A stretch of DNA of 63,929 bases, counting the filler, from Craspedostauros australis (Eukaryota), in NCBI GenBank assembly GCA_030167865.1. It is 14 parts of 14 records of this genome, joined end to end, with 100 filler letters (N's around TTAATTAATTAA, not from the genome) between each part and the next. Parts side by side here need not be neighbours in the genome. Positions count along the whole stretch, not along the records: positions 28,712 to 60,016 come from JALAGF010002421.1; 13 more parts are not named here. One strand, 5' to 3'. The position numbers and the translations under genes were made by a program. Position 1 is the stretch's first letter, and each line of letters begins with the position of its first letter. This document shows positions 36,308 to 49,586 of the stretch, piece after piece. Under the pieces are notes generated by a model, which made no database searches, was not told the DNA's origin, and saw nothing but the letters and a program-made list of their open reading frames with translations.

Positions 36308-37155
36308 TGTCGTTCGGTTTGTTGTCTTATTCTGTCTTCTGATGTCTTCTAGTGTCTTCTAGTGTGTTGTATAATGTGTCGCGACTGCTGCTGCTGTGGC
36401 TATTGTTGCTGTTCGTGTGCGGTGTTTCATCATCTTGCTCGCAGTGTTTGTGTCGGAGGGAAGAGGAACGATGTTTGCTGTTGTGCAATTTGTCACGATT
36501 GCGCATCATTTCGATTCTTTCCACGATTTTGCTGTCAAATTGTTGAGAATTGTTTTCTGCTGTTGTCGATTTCACAGCAATGAAAGTTAGTGTGAATTAC
36601 AAATAAACAGTGTAAATTTTGTTTGTTGTGTAGTCTACGGAGTCGACTACTCACGGCCTTTGGCGAAGAGAGTTGGCCGGATGAAAAAGAACGATTGACG
36701 CGATTGCTTATGCTATGATATCTGATAACATAGATTTATATTCGGATATGAATACAGTGGATGATTTCAAGAACATCGCCAGAATGCGATTTGAGGTCAC
36801 AAATTCGACACATCGCCACAAAGCATCAGCAACGTCCAAGATCTGCATCAGCCAAACTGCTCTGCTCGACACCGATACTCCAACCATCGCTGTTCTGGTT
36901 GCTGGTTGTTCCGAGGACATCGACGACGTTCACAGGACCTTCGACACTTCCGACACTCCACTTGGCGAGGTTGTTCACGCACTTGTCAACGTTATCGCCA
37001 TCGCAATCGCTATCGCCATCACTTCTGCTTCAGTCATCGTCATTCACACCAACAAGCACGAGCGCACGCATACGCATACGCAAGTACAGGCATACACACA
37101 GGACATCATTCATTAAGACGCATCACCGGAGCACCGTGCATGAAGCTGAGAGACC

Positions 37156-38316
37156 ATGGGATTGTTTCGCCGTAGCAGAAGCGTCGGGAGGAACCGCAGC
37201 CGGAGCCGCAGCAAGAGCAGATCAAGGTTCCGCAGCCGGAAGGAATCGAATCAGGCGAGGGATGGGACGGTGGCCGGAGGTACCACGGCGGCAAGCTCCG
37301 ATGATTCCATCGGCGATCTGCTCGCACCGGAAGATCAGTTCGAGCTGGAGATCCCGATGAAAAACCGCAAGCCCGTCAGCATCCTGAAGAAGCCCGATGG
37401 CTCCGGGCAGAGCTACAACAGCAGAGACACGAACAGCCACTACAACAGCCGCCAGCTGCAGCCCGTGCATTCGACAGGCTATCCGCTGCTGGGTCATAAC
37501 AGCACGGTCTCGGAGCTCAGCATCTCATCATTCGACTTCCCCAGATTCGATCGCACCCCGGACCAGAATTCACAGCGCGCGTACCAGCAGCAGCAGCAGC
37601 AGGCGAAATACTCACCGTCCTCTGCGCAGCAATCAACGACACGGCAGATGCAGCAACCGCAACCGCAGCAGCCAGCCTCATTTTTGGGTTCCACACTCGC
37701 CAATTGCTTCTGCTTCGCACCATCCGCGTCCACTGTGGCAGACAGCACGTACATCGGCACCACGACAACAACGACTGGTGCTTCCGCCACAGCAAAGTCC
37801 CCGCAGTCACCATCTCGGCGACGACAGCAGCAGCAGCAGTACGGCAATTCCAGCAACGGCAACTGGTCCTCGTGGTGCGGTGGAACCACCGGCGCTGGTA
37901 TGGGCAACGGCGAATCCAACGACACGCGTGGCACAACCCTGCGCAACGACCGCCTAGAAAGCAGAGACGAGATTGCGGAACGCCGGGCACGCAAGATGAA
38001 CGACGAATGGTTGGAACAGCAGCGCATGATGGAGGAGCTGCTGGGGCCGGCACCGGCGTCGCCCCTCACGCGAGAACGGTCGGCGTTCGACAATACCGTC
38101 GCGGAGGAAGAGCATCGCGATACGGACACGCAGTACGCACGCAATGGGGAAGAAGGCAGGGAAACGGAGACGGTGGCCACCTCCGGTTCGAGACGATGGA
38201 GGATGCTGCGATCCAGGATACCCAGCTTCCGATCCAAGAAGAGCAAGGAACGACGGAAGGAGCGCAGGGCGAGAGCCTCCTCGAGTTTGCGCGGGGCCAT
38301 CGACGCGGTGTCCTGA
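37156..38316 (+). CDS. Hypothetical disordered protein (RS-rich N-terminus, Q-rich, basic C-terminus)
   Basis: 386-aa ATG ORF with coding-like GC3 bias; MGLFRRSRS start; CFCF motif. Confidence 0.7.
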   Translation: MGLFRRSRSVGRNRSRSRSKSRSRFRSRKESNQARDGTVAGGTTAASSDDSIGDLLAPEDQFELEIPMKNRKPVSILKKPDGSGQSYNSRDTNSHYNSRQLQPVHSTGYPLLGHNSTVSELSISSFDFPRFDRTPDQNSQRAYQQQQQQAKYSPSSAQQSTTRQMQQPQPQQPASFLGSTLANCFCFAPSASTVADSTYIGTTTTTTGASATAKSPQSPSRRRQQQQQYGNSSNGNWSSWCGGTTGAGMGNGESNDTRGTTLRNDRLESRDEIAERRARKMNDEWLEQQRMMEELLGPAPASPLTRERSAFDNTVAEEEHRDTDTQYARNGEEGRETETVATSGSRRWRMLRSRIPSFRSKKSKERRKERRARASSSLRGAIDAVS

Positions 38317-39365
38317 GCGCATTCTCGGGGGGTAGGCAGGTGAGAAGGTGACAGAAGGGGAGAAGCATGCGAGCGGAGGGTGATGGAATGGGAGAGATGG
38401 CGACATGATTGGGTGTTAGTTGGGTTGAGAGACACGGCATGATAGCAAAGGAGGAAAAGCAAGCGCACGGCAACCGATGCCATGCGATAATGCCATACCA
38501 TGCCATACCATGGATGATGTTGCCATACCATCGAATCAAGATGAGAAACAGCCGCGGCTTCCTTGGTTAGAAGATGTCGCACCAGCCTTCATTTCTATCC
38601 ATCCATCCATCCATCAATCGCAACTCGACACTCGACACACAACAGCCGAGACGTTGAGAAAAGGGGGAACGGTTCAGAGTGTTGCCGTCGACTACTCTTC
38701 GACAACGACTCCACACGGGGAACATCACTTGATCCACATCCGCGTGCAATAGTTCCAGCCAAGTCGGTCGATGGAAGCCACACTTCATCCAACCCACCTC
38801 ATCCAACAAACCAACGACCAGTCGTGAGTCGGGTTCGACACCGAAATCAACAACATCATTCGATCGCGGCGCAGACACTCTCCCTGAGATGGTAGAAGCC
38901 TCATCTCCACGTCTCTACATCACACAAGTTCCAACACGAAGCACCAAACGGAAAAGCCACATCCGGTTTCTATTGTCGATGAACTGCGAACTGATTAAGC
39001 ACTGAACGAATGAAAATAGTAAATGTAGAACATTCATTGTAACTGAAACGAGAGACTTTCCGAGGATGATGATTGGTATTCTGCTCTATCCTCCTTTTCA
39101 TGCTACGTGCATGAAAACACAAATGATGACAGGTAGTACTGACGGACAGACCGTTGGTATCTTTGCCAACGAAACAGACAGAACAACACCACCACCAATC
39201 AACCAGACATGCACACATGATGCGTTCACTCGCAACATGGACACACAGACAGATCCCAAACACATGATAGAATACATTATATAATATTATATTATATTAT
39301 ATTATATAATACACGAACACAACAACAGATCCCCAGCCATAATACTGTGAGGGAGCGACGCAAAC

Positions 39366-41298
39366 ATGACAGAAAAGGATGGCAAGGACAAGACGACGGG
39401 GGCGTCTCCGGCGCAGCACGATGATCTGATGAAGAAGATGGAGGATGCGAGGAAGAAATGGTCGGAGGATGATGGCGAGAAGGACGACACGGACCGGCTG
39501 CTCGACGAGGCCATCGGCTTGGCGATCCACCAGGGCAAGGGATGGTCCGCCGGCGAGAAGGAGGCCTACATGTCCAAGATCCTGGACGATGACTTCATCC
39601 CACCCATCTTCGCCGAGACCGCGGAGGAAGTGGAGAAGAGCGGACTGGCCGAGGCCTTCTCGACGCTGCAGTACGACGATTCCCCGGCCGTGGTCATGCT
39701 GGAGTTCAAGCAGAAGGGCACCGACGCATTCGTCAATGGCAAGCGCAACGAGGCCAAGAACATGCAGTACTTCCGCGATGCCGTCAATCATTATTACGAA
39801 GCCTTCGTGTGGGCGCAACGCATCGAGCCGCTGGAGCAGATGGAGCAGCACCAGAAGGCCTCGGAAGAGCGCAAGACGGCCACCGAGGATCACGTCTACA
39901 CCGAGGCACAGTTGGACGAGATCAAGGCGACGTTGTACGCCAATGCTGCCTTGGCGCATTTGCAGCTCAAGAATTGGGGACACGTGCGGGATGACAGCAA
40001 GAAGGCCATCGTCTTCAACAAGCACAACGTCAAGGCTTGGTACCGTCTGGCGAAGGCGTATCAGATGCTGAATCAATGGGAGGAGGCTGGCGATGCGATC
40101 GACTCCGGCTTGGCCTGTCCCGGCGAGGAAGGCAACAAGGATCTGCTCAAGCTGCAAAAGCTGCTGGCCGAGCGCGTGCGTCGTGCGAGGCTGGCCCGGC
40201 AGCAGCGTGAGCGCAAGCGCGCCGAGCGTGTGTCGCGTGTCAAGATGGTGTGGAAGCATTGCAAGGCCAACAAGATCCAGCTGGGGCGCATCACGCTGGT
40301 GGCGTCCGTGACGGATGAGGAAGATGACGAGGCCGGCGACGATCGAGAGGAATCGCGGTGGCATCATCACCATCCCCACACGGGGCAGCTGCCCGAGAGC
40401 TCTGGCAGCGGGGAGTGGAGCTGGCCGTGCATGTTCGTGTATCCGTCGCATTCCCAGTCCGACTTCGTCAAGAACTTTGGCGAATCCGAGATGCTGGCGC
40501 TGCGGATGGCGCAGATGTTTCCGGAACTGGAGGATGGACAGACGGAGACGGCCATCCCGTGGGATTACAACAATGAATTCAGCTGCAGCAGCTTGGCCGT
40601 GTACTTTGAGGTGCATGGCACGGAAGAGCCGGGCACGGCGGTGCACCCCGACAGCGTTGAACGGCTCAAGGACCAAGGATCGACGATGCGATTTTATGAA
40701 GCAGCTCGGGCCTTGCGTGGTGACGAAGGCGTCGAGATGTCCAACCTCGTGCGTGCGATGGAACGAAAACGTCTGCACCAGCAGCGCAAGGCGTGGAAGA
40801 AGAGACATGGGAGTCTGTGGGCGCAGCCGGGACCGTTGGACGTGGTGCGCGTGCATCCAGCAATGACGTTACGAGATGTGCTGGTGGATGCCCGCATGTT
40901 GGTTCCGAATGTACGTCCCTTGTGGCTGATACTGCCGTTGCGGATCATGGTGACGAGATGATGACATGGTGACGTGATGGGGTAATTGGTTGGTGATGTT
41001 TGAACGGCGTCCTGTCTGCTTGTGGCTTTTGCAATCGATGGAAGAAGAATTCTGACACAACTATTCTGCGATTGCGCCACGTTCTTGACTTTTCCACATC
41101 TCTTGGATACGCCTGCCATGCATACGTCCACATGCGTGCCTTGCTCGTCGCATGGCGCTGCTTTGCCAACAAAATCTGCACACCTCCGTGCAACAGTTCC
41201 TTGTTACATTCGTTGTCATTCCAGAGAATCATCCAGTGCATCAGGTGTACCTGAAGGAGCACAAGTGCGTCGGGGTCATCCAGCCAGAGATGTCGTAG
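39366..41298 (+). CDS. TPR-domain Hsp70/Hsp90 co-chaperone of the TTC4/Cns1 family; exons 39366-40910 and 41197-41298
   Basis: TPR motifs (FKQKGTDAF, LYANAALAHLQLKNWG, NVKAWYRLAKA) and wheel-domain-like WPCMFVYP...SDFV..F.E. The GT-AG intron keeps the frame. Confidence 0.85.
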
Positions 41299-41643
41299 AG
41301 TGAAGCGAAGCGAAGTGAAGTGGATTGAAAAGTGTAAGTACCATACTTTTGGCACAGTTCGTCAGCGAGCGACAGCAGTGCAAGATTCAAGCAGTGACAA
41401 TCCGCAATCGCATTGTCGTCACAGCATCGACTCCGCTTCGAATGAATGGGTGGATGCCACGATTACTTCCCTCATCTTTGTGCAACGAAGCTCGGACACT
41501 TTTAGAGTAGAAAACGCAAATACAAATACCAATACAAATGTAAAAGCTTACTACCTACTACTGCTTCTATTGCGACGACGATTGTCAGTTGATTTGGTAG
41601 AGTGTGTACTCGTATGGTATCGTACTGCAGAACATAAATAGTT

Positions 41644-43539
41644 TTAAAATTCGGGCGTGTACAGGAATCTCAGAATCCATGGCATGGAGAGCTGCGTCAT
41701 CGTGAGGAAGAATGGTCCCAACAGCGGCAGGGTCATGAGCAGGTCAAAGTCGACGAGGAGGTCGCTTCCGAGCTGCGCGAATCCTTGGATGATGGAGGTT
41801 CGGATGACGCGCTTTCGGGAGTAGGCGCCCAGCACCCACGGGATGTCACGCGTGTGCTGAACGGTGCCGAGCTCTTCCCCGAGGCGGTATCCGTCCTCCG
41901 TGGATTGGCATCCGCCCTGCCCGAGGTTGGGCATCATGGGATGGGCGGCGTCACCGCACAGTGCAACGGGTCCCTTGGCCCACGGACTGATGAGCCGCTG
42001 TGGATCCACGGTGGTGAGGAGCGGTGCGCCGTCGTACAGGTCACGGCGCTTGATGTCCTCCTCCGGGGTGGCGTTGATGAGCTCCAAGGCGAATGGATCC
42101 CACTGGTTGCCATCCTGATCACCGTCGCTGCCCAGCGCGGCGAATTCCTTGCGCAGCCGTGTCAGCTTGGGGGTTGGATCTTCGGGTGTTGGTTCCGGAT
42201 CGACGCCGCCGGCTGGTTCGCGGATGAGAGCGAACCACTGCTGACGCTCGCCGCCGCCGTCGGTGCTGACGAAGTACTTCTTGTCACCCAGCAGGATCTG
42301 GTAGGACACGTTTTCGATGTTGGAGGCACGGTGTGGTGCCAAAGCGGCGTAGCAAGTGAAACCCGAAAAACGACGGCTGGCCTGCGACGCCACCTTGACG
42401 GTCTCTCTCGCCAGCTTGCGTGCCTCGGCATCGTCCAATGCACCACCTGCGGCACCGGACGCGGCGAATCCACCGGCACCTTCTCCCAGACCGTGCAGGT
42501 TCTTGCGAATTTGCGACCAGATGCCATCGGCACCGACCAGCACGTCGGCGTAGGCCTTGGTGCCATCATCGAGGGTAGCGCACACGCCCTGGCCGCTGCC
42601 GAGATCCTCGAAGGACTCGATACGGGATTTGATGCGCACGGTGCCGTCGGGGATACCGTGCTTGACGAAGATCTGTTGGATGACGGGACGGTCCACCACC
42701 ACCGTGGCGGGCAGACCGGCCTCGAGGGCAGGTCCGACGGTATCAAAACGCACCAGCCAATCTCCGGCATCGTAAATTCCGGCGAGCTTGTTGCCCTTGC
42801 GGTATCCGATCTTCAATCCCGACACGCGGTCTGCCGTGCAGGTGCCGGCCTTGACCAATTCTTCGTAACATTCCGGACTGATCCTCTGGATGGCGCGCAG
42901 GGCGTTGGATTGGATCTGGATGGGACCGCCGTAGGGCGCGTAGGACGAGGCCTGCTCAAAGATGGCGACCTTCATGCCCTTGGCATGGCACGCGGCGGCC
43001 GTGACGAGACCCGCCAGACCACCTCCCGCAACGAGCACCGTCAACGGATCGTCCTTCGTGACGACTCGTCCACCTTTGGGCACGTCCGTGCGCTGCGTTC
43101 TCCACCAGGCCTTGGCATCGTCGTCGCCCACGAGCATTCCCTTCAACGCTGCCGCATCCTTGGCGGCTTCTTGAGCACGGTTGCGGATGCGGTCGGTGCG
43201 CTCCTGATTCTCGGCCTCACGCTGTGGTGCCACATCCTGCGCCAGGACCTGCTGGATGTGATCCGGCAGATCGATCTTGTTCTTGGGGTTGCCATGTCCT
43301 TCGGCGAGCCAATCGATTTGCGGCAGATCCTTTTTGAGCTTGCGCAAGACCGATGCTGGACCGAACGACTCGGCCTGCTGGCCGATCACGTTGAGGGCGG
43401 ACGACGATGGCGACGACGCTGCCGATGCTGGAACGGATGACTGCGGGATCACAAATCCGTGCACCGATGTCGTCGTCGTCGCGCTGAAGACGGTCAGTGT
43501 GACAATGGCTGCCACTGCATTCTTGGCAAAGACCACCAT
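41644..43539 (-). CDS. ZEP1: Zeaxanthin epoxidase family FAD monooxygenase, ZEP1-like, plastid-targeted
   Basis: [52 protein letters not shown] leader; Gly/Ala-rich insertion; no FHA domain. The paralog number is inferred from linkage to the VDL2-like gene. Confidence 0.9.
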   Translation of the reverse strand: MVVFAKNAVAAIVTLTVFSATTTTSVHGFVIPQSSVPASAASSPSSSALNVIGQQAESFGPASVLRKLKKDLPQIDWLAEGHGNPKNKIDLPDHIQQVLAQDVAPQREAENQERTDRIRNRAQEAAKDAAALKGMLVGDDDAKAWWRTQRTDVPKGGRVVTKDDPLTVLVAGGGLAGLVTAAACHAKGMKVAIFEQASSYAPYGGPIQIQSNALRAIQRISPECYEELVKAGTCTADRVSGLKIGYRKGNKLAGIYDAGDWLVRFDTVGPALEAGLPATVVVDRPVIQQIFVKHGIPDGTVRIKSRIESFEDLGSGQGVCATLDDGTKAYADVLVGADGIWSQIRKNLHGLGEGAGGFAASGAAGGALDDAEARKLARETVKVASQASRRFSGFTCYAALAPHRASNIENVSYQILLGDKKYFVSTDGGGERQQWFALIREPAGGVDPEPTPEDPTPKLTRLRKEFAALGSDGDQDGNQWDPFALELINATPEEDIKRRDLYDGAPLLTTVDPQRLISPWAKGPVALCGDAAHPMMPNLGQGGCQSTEDGYRLGEELGTVQHTRDIPWVLGAYSRKRVIRTSIIQGFAQLGSDLLVDFDLLMTLPLLGPFFLTMTQLSMPWILRFLYTPEF

Positions 43540-45283
43540 GATTATTATCCTTGAGTGCGGCGGTATTCTTTTGTCTGCCAATCGAATGAGTGATGGAGTG
43601 AATGAATGGATCACTCAGTCAGATCTGCTGCTGGATGAAGTTGGAGGATGGATCCTTTTCGTTGGCTCGCGTTGCCGACCTTTGGATCTTTCAAACTCGA
43701 GTGATGGCTGATTCCGATGAAACTTCAACGATGAATCAACTGAATCCGGGGACTACACGAACTGCAACAACAACGGTCGTGGGAATGTACGAGTACGTCT
43801 GGTGGATGACGTATTAGTAGAATGAATGAGTGCTCTACTCCTCTCCTCTGTCGCTGTGTGTGTGTGTCGTTCTGTCTTGAACGACTCCTCTGTGATGACC
43901 GCAAGAACAACCAATCTCGTGTCGGTCTTTGTCGTCGATCTTGGGAAATGAAGCACGCGTGATGTGGTTGGTGTACTTGTATTTGTGAGGACACAAGATT
44001 TGTGAATGTCGTTGCCTGATTCTTGTGAAGTGATGGAATTGGCAGAATGCGATGGATTTGGCTTGTGCGTCAACAATGCGGAAACTTCAACTACGATTCG
44101 TCGGACTACAATGACTCCACCGATCGTGTAACGGAGAAACTCGTTGTCCTTTCACGATCGGCGTGGCTTGATTGAAGCGTTCTGATTGGTTCGTGAAGTC
44201 ATATGCATGACTCGCACAGACGATCCGAGCAGGTTCAACATGAGAAACAACCAACAAATTCGCATTTGGTGTCGCATTCCACTCTTGTGAGCGTTTGTTC
44301 GCCCTTGTGACGGCAGCGGCGGTGTGGCGGAGTCGCGCACAGTAACTCCGGGTTGTGCGCGGGCGCTGATGAGGAAGAAACGAAATGAGCCGCGTGGTTG
44401 TTTCGTGTTGTTGCAGTTCTTGGATACCTTTTGCGTGTGGTTGGTTTGGATTGGGTTGTTTGATGAGGCGTGCACCACGTGACCTTGCAGATGTCCCTGG
44501 TTGATGTGTTGAGCAATGATCCAATCAGCATCGATGAAGCGAGGTATCGGGGGCTTCATTCATCAAATCAGACGACTTGGACGGTGGCTTTACCCAACCA
44601 ATTAACCCCAACCAAGACAACATCAGCGCACGTCCGGGTACACTTCGATAGCAACAGAGGAGTACGAAAAGAGCGGAGCGTCGGAAAGGATCAGATTGCC
44701 TTGGCTTTGGCTCAACCTCGTTGTCGCTCAACCCAACAAAGTTACATCTGTCGCCTGAATCTCTCGCCTGCGTCTGTTGGTGTTGATTGGAACCGGAGGG
44801 GAGAACTGAAGTGGTGCCTGGTCCGGCACTTACCCAATCGTCTTGCGCCACAACAGTGGGAACGACAGGAGACGCCAATCGAGATAGCCACAAGTCGCGA
44901 CATCATCCTCATTACCAATACCAGAAGCAATAGCAATAGCAATACCAATACCAATACGTGGAGAGGAGGTCACTTGGGAGCATCTCCGCCAACAGAGCGC
45001 ACAAAACCAACCAGCAGCGGCAGACAACCATCATCCGATTGCTTCTTGAGACTTGATTGGATACCAAGCGACGTACGAATACTCGCAACAGCACAGACTC
45101 GTCGAAGCTCCAGAGATACAGCAGAGCAGAGTAGAGTAGAGCGGAGTATCACCACATTCTTTGCTACTCTTTGCTTGTTCGCTTTCGTCAACCAGGGAGA
45201 AAGTCGCAGAACGGTCTGCAACAGTCATAGTCAGAGCTATCACAACATCACCAGCAGCAACAGCAGCAACAACAGCCACCACA
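43540..45283. promoter_or_regulatory. Divergent intergenic region; candidate bidirectional promoter of ZEP1/VDL2
   Basis: 1744 bp between head-to-head start codons; contains TGACGT (43807-43812) and CACGTG (44476-44481). Confidence 0.55.
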
Positions 45284-47207
45284 ATGGGAAAGCAAAGGAA
45301 CGGAAAGCAATCAGCAGGCAGCAGCACTAACATGGTGGCAAGGGTCATCGTTGTTGCGGTCGCCTTGGCCTCTCCGCTTGGGACGAATGCCTTCGTTCCC
45401 AACCTCCACACCACCGCGAGCGCTGGTGCTCTGCGACAGGCCCAGCACGTGCAGCTGTCCATGCTCGACGGCAACCAGCACCAGGACGCCACCGCCGCAT
45501 CGGTCCAGAAGCGAGGCAACCAATGGGAGAACCTCACGAGGACCGTGATGGCCTTCGCGGCATCGTCCCTCTTCGCGGCCTCCTTGACGTTCGGAGCACC
45601 GGCGGCCCTGGCGGAGAACGAGCTCTCCGACATCTACGGCGGCAAGGGCTTCGACACGTCGCTGGTGGACCAGACCTGCCTCGTCGACCGCTGCTCCGTC
45701 CAGGCCAAGGCCTGCCTCGCCGACGACCCCTCCTGCCGCAAGGGACTCACCTGCACGGCCAAGTGCCTCGGAGACAATGCCTGCATCACGGGCTGCATGG
45801 CGCGCTACGGTGACAAGAACCTCGACAACCTCCTCAAGTGCACCATCGAGGACCACGAGTGCATCAAGATCGCCATCCTGCCGGGCGGCGCCGATCGCTT
45901 CGGCGAGGAGCCGCGTGCGCCGGCGCCCACGGTGCGCAACTTTGACTACACCACCATGGAGGGGCAGTGGTTCAAGGTCGTGGGGTTCAATCCCAACTAC
46001 GACTGCTACGCCTGTCAGCGCAACACCTTCTCCATTCCGTCGTCGCCCGCCGCCGACAGCGCGGGATTGTTCCGTCAGGTCTCGGCTCCCAACCGACTCA
46101 ACATGGATGTGGAGTTCTCCATGCCGCATCTCATGCCGGATGGATCGCCTCTGCCGCCCAAGAACATCAAGGAGCAGATCTTCGTCAAGAATGACGCCGT
46201 CTTTGGTTCCAAGAGCGTCGGCATGAGTGAATACAACACCAACGAAGTCATGGTCTTTGACAGCGTCAGTAACGACGGTGCCAACGACCTCGTCCTCAAC
46301 AAGGGCAAGGACAATGAAGCCAGCTACTCCAGAACGGCGCATTCCGAAGGAGAGATGTTCGGATTGAGTACGTTATTGTCGTTCATTTGGAGTTCACTTC
46401 GCTGCGTTTGTTTGTTTGTTCGTTTGTTGCGACTGGATGGTTGGCTGCAGGAGATGGAAAGGAATGGTGTCCCTATCATGGTGTCTCTATTGTTATGCTT
46501 TTGCATACATACGCATTGCTCGCAAGCTCTCTCTCTATTTGATGATGCCCTGATACTCCATCTAACTCGCATCCCCACCATTTCACATTCTCTCTTTGTC
46601 GCCACCTTCGCTCCACACTGTCGCCATCATTTATCACCACCCAACCTACGCACGCGCAGAGTTCTGGGAGAACTGGTACATCATCGGCGAGAACGATGCT
46701 GACGAGCCGGAGTTCAAGTTCGTCTACTACAACGGCAAAACGCGCCAGAACACCTACGAAGGTGCCTTCGTCTACAGCCGCTCCCAATCCCTCGAATCAC
46801 AGTCCATGAAGAAGGTATATGCCATCGCCCAGGAGGCCGGCATGAACCCGGACCAATTCTGCAAGATCCGCAACGGATGCTTCTCCAAGGATTCCAACAT
46901 GAAGATGGGCGAACCCGACATCCGGGACGCCCAGCCAGGTGCTGCCAACAGCCAGCTGCGTGGTCTCATCGCTAGTACCAAGGTCTCCGAATTGCTCGGT
47001 GTGGAACCCGTGTCTGCCGAGGATTACCTCATGCGGGGATCCGCCGCGCAACCGCAGATCTCCAGCGAGCTGCAGCCCGTCGAGCGGTCCAAGAACCGCC
47101 CGTGGTGGTACGAGGTGGGAGATTACCTAGAGAATCCACGCCGACACTACGAATTCATGGAGAGTCTGAGACAACCCATGTCGTGGTCTGAAGATGCCAA
47201 GGACTAG
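45284..47207 (+). CDS. VDL2: Violaxanthin de-epoxidase-like protein, VDL2-like; exons 45284-46367 and 46660-47207
   Basis: TNA|F plastid leader plus lumenal ALA|E signal; Cys-rich domain (CLVDRC...CTAKC...CITGC); lipocalin motifs GQWFKVVGFNPNYDCYACQ and, after splicing, GLKFWENWY...YEGAFVYSR. Confidence 0.9.
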
Positions 47208-47935
47208 AGGGAGCAAACTACGTAGGCGAGGTGTCATACGGTATGGTATGATATGATATGGTACGACCCCGTCCAATTGAACGAACAGAGTGCCGCTGTG
47301 CTCCAACCGTTAGGAGTACAGAAGCAGGCAGCAAGGAACATGTAAAACAAGAAAGGAACACAAAGAGAGAAAGGAGATGCAACCAAACAACGAACCACCC
47401 CGATGCCTGCGCAGCACCTATTGTATGTAGGAACATACAGCCACACACAACAAACACAAGATATGCGACAAATACAAACGATGTAATACAACGATACTAG
47501 CGTGCATATTCCTTTCCGTCATCTTACGACTATGCTCTCCAAACGGAATACTTCACATATTTGACAGATGTACAAGATGCATGTGCAGAGCGGAGCACAG
47601 TTGGACGATGTGCCGTCGGATGCGTATGTGACGATTCGTCAAAGATGGTGGAATGGTGACACGAGAATCGGTTTGACTGACGTCAATGGAGGTACTCATC
47701 ACAAAAAGATTTTCATCCTCCGACAAATCGCCATCACAACCACACACACAACACACAAACAAACAGCAGCAGACAACCACAACCACAACCATAATCACAA
47801 CCACAAGAGTGCTGATCACACCATACAGTCACATTATCAGGTCACTCATATAATATAATATTCTATAATATTATACGACCTAACCAATCCACCAACACCC
47901 AACACCCTGGACAAGCACCAACAAACCTTGATACC

Positions 47936-48679
47936 ATGCCATCCACGCACCTCCTGATGCTGGCGTCGTTGCTGATCGCCGGCACCAACGCCTTCTCGTC
48001 GCCCGCCTTGGCAACACGCAGACACTCCCAGCTGCCGCGCTGCGCCACAGCCAACGACGAGGAACCGCAGGATGCATCCAGACGCACCATTCTCGTCAGC
48101 AGCCTGCCTTGCCTGGTCGCCTTCCCTTCCATCTGCAATGCCGGCATCGACCCCGGCGCTTTGAAGAACCTGCGCGTCGAAGGCGACGAGGCCGGTGCCG
48201 CCACGCGATTGCGCCAGATCGAGCTGAATAAGAACCGGCCCGAGGATCTCGTCAACGTGCCCTTCGTCGAATTGCCGTCGGGCGTATCGTACCGCGAATA
48301 CCGCGACGGCAAGGGCGAGGCCCAGATCCAGAACGGATCCAAGGTCGCCGTCGAGATGACGATCCGCTGCAAGTCCTTCGCGACGAACAACGAACCCGGC
48401 GGCGTGAAGTACTTCTCGACCAAGGAGGATACCGAATTCAACGAGCTCGCATTCACGGTCGGCAGCGGGCAGCTTCCGGCTGCTTTGGAGGAGGGCATGA
48501 TGGGAATGCGCCGCAATTCCTTGCGACGTATCGAGCTGCCATCCACCGCCGCGTTCGCCGCCAAGAAGGCCGACCAGCTTCCCCTGCCCACCACGAAGGA
48601 TGGCAAGCGGCGATTCGAGAATCTCTTCAAGACGGATGCGACCTTGCTGTTTGAAGTGCTGGTCACCAGGGTCAAATAA
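47936..48679 (+). CDS. Thylakoid-lumen FKBP-type peptidyl-prolyl isomerase
   Basis: TNA|F leader, twin-Arg SRRTIL plus CNA|G, LPSGVSY...G.G, FTVGSGQLPAALEEGMMGM..RRIELP, TLLFEV. Confidence 0.88.
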   Translation: MPSTHLLMLASLLIAGTNAFSSPALATRRHSQLPRCATANDEEPQDASRRTILVSSLPCLVAFPSICNAGIDPGALKNLRVEGDEAGAATRLRQIELNKNRPEDLVNVPFVELPSGVSYREYRDGKGEAQIQNGSKVAVEMTIRCKSFATNNEPGGVKYFSTKEDTEFNELAFTVGSGQLPAALEEGMMGMRRNSLRRIELPSTAAFAAKKADQLPLPTTKDGKRRFENLFKTDATLLFEVLVTRVK

Positions 48680-49586
48680 TCAATAGTCTCATGCATCCAG
48701 AGGGTAGCACTTGGCATCAATCCAGTTTCACCAGCGACGACATCGCAATGCTGTTCTGCTCTGCGTACTCTTTCCCGATGAATGGCTCGTGGTTCGACCA
48801 GTCGATTCGTCGTTTGATATCGCAACAATGTTTCTCCACCAGTATGGTATTACACATGTTATGACCTATAATAGGTTGCAAGCATGTTACGATCAGATGT
48901 GAGGCACCCAAAACCACTCCAACGGAATCAACAAGGAACTTCGCAGACGATGTTGAGTTCTACATTTGCAGCCGTAGCGTGCTTGCTCGATCAACGATTG
49001 TCCGATCACGTTTCTGGATTAATAGCGACGACAGCGACTGTGACACGGTGAACAGAGCCACACCCAAGACAGCACAACTGACCGTTGTCGCGCGTGAAAA
49101 GCAGAACACAGCAATAGAAGAAGGACATCAACGAGACACAACAAGACGCAAAGGGGAGAAAGAGGAGGGAACCACCAAACCCGAGATCTGCATCCACGCT
49201 GACACAACCCAACACACAAGAGAGACGACACACAAAGAGGCAACCAAGGCACAACCCAAAGCACAACCCAAGGCACAACCCAAAGCACAAGACCAGAAAC
49301 AGGACAAGAGAGACAAAGCAACCGAGACAGGAGCAGTTGCCATTGTCAGTTCCAAGAACAAGGAGGCATCAAGACAGCAGCGACGGTGTTGATACCACAG
49401 GTGTTTGACAGCGAAGGAGCGAAGCAAGGGAACAAGACAACCCAGCAGATAGGCAGACAGACAGGCAGACGGCAGGTGCCAAAGATTCCACCATTCGCCG
49501 AATTCCACGGCTGTTTGGTTTTCTCTCTCCTCTTCCATTTCGTACTCGCGGCCAGCTGACCATCCGGCTTTCGGTCGATTGTCATC

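Noticed and set aside
41785..43440. 551-aa ORF antisense to ZEP, and the similar 519-aa ORF at 39297-40856
   Set aside because: Expected from GC3-biased coding on the opposite strand; no motifs of their own.
44470..45330. 286-aa ORF between ZEP1 and VDL2
   Set aside because: Non-ATG start, promoter/UTR-like composition with microsatellites, and it overlaps the VDL2 start.
49243..49290. 12-bp tandem repeat (AAGGCACAACCC) and assorted CAA/AG microsatellites
   Set aside because: Simple repeats typical of this genome's UTRs and intergenic DNA; no spacer structure.
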